Source: Chrysomallon squamiferum (Eukaryota > Animalia > Mollusca). Taken from it: a stretch of DNA of 64,000 bases. Shown here in pieces: positions 55,156 through 64,000 of this stretch (position 1 is the first letter of the stretch; each line of letters starts with the position of its first letter). Below the pieces are notes generated by a model. That model was not told where the DNA came from and searched no databases. It saw nothing but the letters and a program-made list of their open reading frames with translations. Location of the stretch: NCBI GenBank assembly GCA_012295275.1, contig CM022676.1, forward strand, positions 4,340,001-4,404,000, in the 5' to 3' direction. A program made the position numbers and the translations under genes.

Positions 55156-56541
55156 CTAAAATTTAAAGTAATATTAAAAACAAAATTCAAATATTATTAA
55201 ATACATTATTTATAATTACATTCTTGTTAAGTTTTTGTGTTATTTTTATTTATTTATTTATCTATTTATTTATTTACACTTTATTCCGTAATTATGTTAC
55301 ATTACGTTACGTTACGTTACGCTATGTTATAGACCGTCATGTTGTTATGTTATGTTGTGTTTTGTTATTGTCTCATGTTTTAATAGAGGTATGTTTCAAA
55401 AATAGTTATGTTTACATTAGTCAACGAAACATAACTTGGACTCAGTCTAGATTTCACAGTTTGTAAATGAAATACACTCAGGCACAGAAAAATGGTTCCT
55501 CTCAAAAACAGACAGACAGCCCTTAATGTAGACACGCCATTTGACAGATAAAACTCTTTATTGGGTCATATATCCTGTACACCCCTGACTGCTTTAATGG
55601 TATGCTCCAGTCTATTGATACAAGCAACAGCGAGAGCCTAATTATAATCTGGTAAATGTAATTAATAAGTCTACAAATAAATCTATAAATAAATCTAATT
55701 TTATATAATTTTGTTCTCCGTTCTGTGTTTAGTTTTATCGGACCAGTCTATAATTTATTACATGTATTATTCAAGGTAAACGGCAGGTAATTAGTAAATG
55801 CACTCAACCGTGTCTTCTGTTGTTTATGCTATACTATACTTTATGAGACGTCTGTCTTTTAGGAGGAATATAAAATACATACCTTGTACGTAATTTACAC
55901 ATCCCAGTAACACGAACACACAGAATGACTTACAACTCATTTCCAGTATTTTAATGTAAAAATACTTTTCGACGCCTTTTTTTTCTACTTTATTCATTTA
56001 ACGTATCAGGTTTACTTCCTGCTTCATACACAATATGAACACAAGTGTCACTGGCTCTGCATGTTTATTAATAAACTAAATCCACTCGACTGAATCAGAA
56101 AAATACATAATGCAATATGTCACACAGCGTTGAATTTTGAATAATTATTTCTGCTTGGAATGTTTTTTCTTCTTCTTCGTTGTCTTTATATTTTCTTTGT
56201 TTATTTTTCTTTATTTCTTTATTATTTTGATGTACGTATATAGGTATTTTTGAAGGTATTTTACCTTACGGGTGTATGTATTTCCATATTTGTATTTATT
56301 CAGAAATGTATATTGACAAGTAGTTAAGTATGTATGTATATATCGTTGTATGCATATACGAATGTATGTGCGAATAAGTGTGTGTTACACATATATATAT
56401 ACACACACACATATATATATGTATATGCATGTATATAATATTTTTGAACGTAAGTGGTATATATATATATATATATATATATCTGTGTGCATGTTCGAGT
56501 ATCAATATATGTTTGTATGTGTGTGTGTGTGTATACATATA

Positions 56542-57242
56542 CAGTGGTACCTAGACTTACGAGTGCCTCAAATTACGAGGTTTCCGAGTTACCAGCAGTC
56601 GTTTGGTCGACGTTTTGCTTTGATTTGCGAGCGAAAATCCGAGTTATGAGCGAGCTTCAGATTCGCCGCCAGCAGTTCGTGCAATGAACAACACAACATC
56701 CATCCAGCATCCCGCGTCCCACTCGTCTACTTCACCTGGTTACCTCGCCGCGGAACCGTCTCTGTCATAGGTCCTAAGAAAGTGAGTGCAAAGGACAGTG
56801 CTGAGAAGAAGAAGTGGATGATGTCCATTGAATTAAAGCATGATATCATAAAAAAAAACATGAGCGAGGTGTGCGTGTATTCGATTTGGTTAGTCAGTAC
56901 GAGCGTAGTACTTCTACGATATGTGTACCATACTGAAGCAGAAGGAGCCGATAAAGGCTGTAACTCCAGGTAAAGGCGTTAAAATAATTTGTCCGATCTC
57001 CAAAATAAATACACTTTACAAAACCAATTTATTTCTTTACATTCTCTTTTATTTTTATTTTTTATTATTATTATTTTTTATTATTGTTTTAAAAAGTTAC
57101 CAGAAATGGGGGGGTTCGGAGCATGAACGGACTAATTGTATTTCAATTAATTTCAGTTGGAAAAACTGATTTCATATCCGAGAAAATTGACTTACGAGCT
57201 CGGCCACGGAACGAATTAAACTCGTAAGTCAAGGTACCACTG
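56542..57242 (+). mobile_element. Non-autonomous Tigger/pogo-type (Tc1-mariner superfamily) DNA transposon deletion derivative
   Basis: 23-bp TIRs CAGTGGTACCT(A/T)GACTTACGAGT with 1 mismatch; TA on the left flank. Frameshifted N-terminal CENP-B-type HTH remnant (GPKKVSAKDSAEKKK..SIELKHDII..HERGVRVFDLVSQYERSTSTI/CTILKQKE) at ~56770-56990; no DDE domain. Confidence 0.9.
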
Positions 57243-57299
57243 CGCGTGTGTGTGCGCGTGTGTGTGTGTGTTTCTGTGTGAGTGTAAGTAACGGTATTT

Positions 57300-60500
<3,201 letters not shown>

Positions 60501-60732
60501 AAAAATTCGCAATTAGCAACTCATTAAAATATTTATCACAGTTAGCTATTTACACAGTTCAAATGTGGTGTCAGTGTAGAAACTGAAGTCTTTGTAATTT
60601 AATAAAAAAAAACTTTAAACAAATTAATATTGTGTAGGTTTTCAACAGTTTTAAGAAGTGTGTGATTAACAAATAGGACTGGTTTTCTTCTTTAACAATC
60701 ATGACAACAATTTTGTTTATTTTCAAACTTTA

Positions 60733-60779
60733 TCACATCTCTGAAGCTTGTTGTACAGCCGCTCGCGCAGTCTGATTAT
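60733..60779 (-). CDS. G6 terminal exon (DNQTARAAVQQASEM*)
   Basis: tttcag acceptor, 47 nt, TGA. Confidence 0.75.
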
Positions 60780-61035
60780 CTGAAACATGCAATGAAATTT
60801 TCCTTTGTATAAATTTTCCTTTGTATCTCATCAAATCGAAAATCGAAAAATTCGAAAATTTCGTGTGTGTATGTACACATATATAAACACACGTTTAAAC
60901 AAAATTTTAACATAAAATAACTATCTAGTTAAGGTGCATATGAAACATAAATGGAATTAGTATTTAGAATGTTTCTATTTTATTGTCATCAAATCGAAAA
61001 TCGAAAAATTCGATTTCGGATAAGGGTTTGTCAAG

Positions 61036-61075
<40 letters not shown>

Positions 61076-61276
61076 GATTTATAACCGGAAAAGAAACAGC
61101 TATATCTATCTGTCTATCTATCTACCTCTCTATCTATATATGTATGACATGTTCCCATTCTTTGTACATCATAACAGTAAGAAAACCTTGGTGGTTTCTT
61201 TTGTGAAAGTGTCTGGATAAGTGTATGATTAACAAATAATACTTATTTTGTTCTTTATTAACATCAGTTCACTTAC

Positions 61277-61381
61277 CATCAGGTATTAAGACGTCATATG
61301 TAAACTCATATCCTCTTTCCTCTAGAGAAGAATATGAATTCAATGATTCTTGAAGTTCTGCTGCTGGAGCAGTCTGATTAC
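61277..61381 (-). CDS. G6 ITAM-like exon 3 (NQTAPAAELQESLNSYSSLEERGYEFTYDVLIPD)
   Basis: 105 nt, phase 1-1, AG and gtaagt intact. Confidence 0.8.
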
Positions 61382-61457
61382 CTGAAACATGGAATTCAAT
61401 TATGTTTTGTTTTATTTAAAAATTGTGATGTGCGGAGAAAACAATAATTGTGCTAAC

Positions 61458-61489
<32 letters not shown>

Positions 61490-62266
61490 ATATATATACA
61501 TACACACATACATATATCCAAACACATAGGTACATACATACATATATAGATACATAAATATACATCGATGTACGACTGTGGATGTGTCTGTGTATACTAT
61601 ATTTTACAGCTATTTCAAAATCATTTACAAAGTGTCTCTCTTCAAAATCTAAAAAAATGTTGACCTTCCATACACAGAGACTTCGAGACAAACACGTTTA
61701 TAAATCCACTTAAAACTGTTACGATCATATTTAGAATCGATTCTTTCTTAAAATCTGTAAAACATGTAATACTTCGGAACAAAAAAACGAAGTAAACATA
61801 CATTCTTTCCAATATATATATAGATATATATATATATATCTATATATATATAGATATATCTATATATATCTATATATATATATATATTTCCGTACCTTCT
61901 AGTGAATTAATTCACTAACACAAGTTTTTACACATATATTAACAAGACCAAAAGATCGTTGTTTACCTGTAAGCTATGTATGTGTCTGTATGTAAATCTG
62001 TAATGTACGTATGTCTGTGTGTACCGATGTACGTATTAATTAATATATAATTGTAAGGATGGGTCATTTGTCATTTAAAACAATTTTAACGTAAAATAAC
62101 TATTTACTTAAGCTGTATATGAAATATAAATGGAATTAGTATTTAGAATGTTTCTATTTTAAGGCTTACTCATTAAATCGGAAATCCAAAAATTCCGAAA
62201 ATTCCGAAACATTTCGTATAAGGTATTGTCACCTTATATATATACTATTAATCATCGGAAAAGAAA

Positions 62267-62320
<54 letters not shown>

Positions 62321-62408
62321 GTTTCTTTTTTCGTGAAAGTGTCTGAATAAATGTATGATTAACAAACAATACTCGTTTCCTTCTTTATCATTTATTAATA
62401 GCACTTAC

Positions 62409-62513
62409 CATCAGGTATTAAGACGTCATATGCGAACTCATATCCTCTTTCTCCCAGAGAAGAATATGAATTCTCTGAATCTTGAAGTTCTGTTGCTGGT
62501 GCAGTCTGATTAT
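62409..62513 (-). CDS. G6 ITAM-like exon 2 (DNQTAPATELQDSENSYSSLGERGYEFAYDVLIPD)
   Basis: 105 nt, phase 1-1, AG and gtaagt intact. Confidence 0.8.
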
Positions 62514-62819
62514 CTGAAACATGGAATTAAATTATGTTTTGCTTTATTTGAAAATTGTGATGTGCGGAGAAAACAATAATCATCCTAATTTGTGTATATA
62601 TATATATAAATACACAAATACATAGATACATACATATACATCGATCTAAGAGTGTGTCTGTGTATTATATTTTACAGCTATTTCAAAATCATTTATGAAG
62701 TGTCTCTCTTCAAATCTAGAAAAATGTTAACATTTTATAGAAAGATATTTCTAGACAAAGATATTCCTAAATCTATATAAAACTATTTCGTTCATATTTA
62801 GAATCTAGCTTTTCTCAAA

Positions 62820-62897
<78 letters not shown>

Positions 62898-63126
62898 ATA
62901 TATATATATATATTTATATATATGTATGTATATATATATATATACGTATGTATATGTATGTATGTATGTATGTATGTATATGAATGTATGTGTGTGTATA
63001 TATATATATGTATGTATGTAATATATGTTTATGGGGATTTCTTTTCGCGAAATTGTCTGAATAAGCGTATAGTTAAAAACTATACTCGTTTTCTTCTTTA
63101 GCATTTATTAATATCAGTTCACTTAC

Positions 63127-63212
63127 CACCAGGCAATAAGATGTCATACGAGACGTCATTTTCTCTTTCCTCTAGAGAAGAATATGAATTCTCCGTATTC
63201 TGATGCACATTG
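63127..63212 (-). CDS. G6 ITAM-like exon 1 (NVHQNTENSYSSLEERENDVSYDILLPG)
   Basis: Homolog of 49203-49294. The ancestral acceptor is AC here, but a CAG 6 nt downstream preserves the frame; gtaagt donor. Confidence 0.65.
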
Positions 63213-63478
63213 CTGATTGTGAAATTGCAAACGTAAATAAAATATACTACATATGCATTGATGCAATAATCCGAGAATCAGCGAAAGAATGCAAACACGT
63301 ACATACATACATACACACATGCACACATACATACACACATACATAGATATATACACACATATATATATACACACAAAATACATAGAGATATACATAAGCA
63401 CATTTAGACAGATGCACATAAGCACATGAATTATATTTTACGGAAAGAAAAATAGTAAAAAAGTATAAATTAATTTAC

Positions 63479-63509
63479 CTTTGTTGGTTCCAATTTGGAT
63501 TGTTTTCTT
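63479..63509 (-). CDS. G6 31-nt linker exon (ENNPNWNQQ); TM and Ig exons expected beyond the window end
   Basis: tacag acceptor, gtaaat donor; homolog of 48912-48942; 63520-64000 matches the post-TM intron. Confidence 0.65.
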
Positions 63510-63511
63510 CT

Positions 63512-63560
<49 letters not shown>

Positions 63561-64000
63561 TAACAATAACAACAATGATAATAATAACAACCTTTTCATC
63601 ATCATGAGTATAGTAGTGTAGTAATAGTTTTAGTTTTAGTAGGATGAAGTAGTAGTGGTAGTAGTAGTCAACCTAATACTAGTTATTTCTTACGTGCTTA
63701 AATCGTCATGAAACATTTTCAGCGTGATGCCTGTTAAATTTATCATTAAATGTTCTTGTTCTTAGACATCATTTTTTATCTCAGCCATCAGGTGGCTGAA
63801 ATACACAGGTGGTTTCAAAAACAGGTTTGATTACTCTGTGTAAGGTAATTGTGTAATGTAATCTTGATTTATCTCCCCTTTACTCTATGGGTAAGTGTAA
63901 TTAAAATACATAATAAAATAAATGAAAGAACAAGGAAAAAAATAAATATTCAAAGAACAAACAAACATTAGTATGAATATATGAATAAATGAACGAACGA

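Overview
AT-rich, microsatellite-dense animal DNA with two 200-N gaps. It is not prokaryotic, and the Ig-domain style suggests a mollusc, possibly a cephalopod (inference). Most ORF-track entries are microsatellite noise. Reading splice sites by hand reveals a cluster of 6-7 paralogous immunoglobulin-superfamily membrane-receptor genes and gene fragments built from a shared exon kit: V-like Ig exon, three C2/I-like Ig exon types (A, B, C), a Cys-containing stalk mini-exon, a TM exon, a 31-nt linker, ITAM-like exons (YSSL-x8-YDV/IL) and a terminal exon ending in a class-I PDZ-type motif. Almost all these exons are phase 1-1. Paralogs differ in ectodomain order and in ITAM number (0, 1, 1 truncated, 3), and V domains vary mainly in CDR-equivalent loops. 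(GA)n tracts sit at exon-shuffling breakpoints. The intergenic repeats include five 'empty' cassettes in which the gene's 5' flank is fused directly to its 3' flank, plus about 29 copies of a ~270-bp module. A Tigger/pogo deletion derivative lies at 56.5-57.2 kb. No intact signal-peptide exon was found, and all gene models are manual predictions without expression data.
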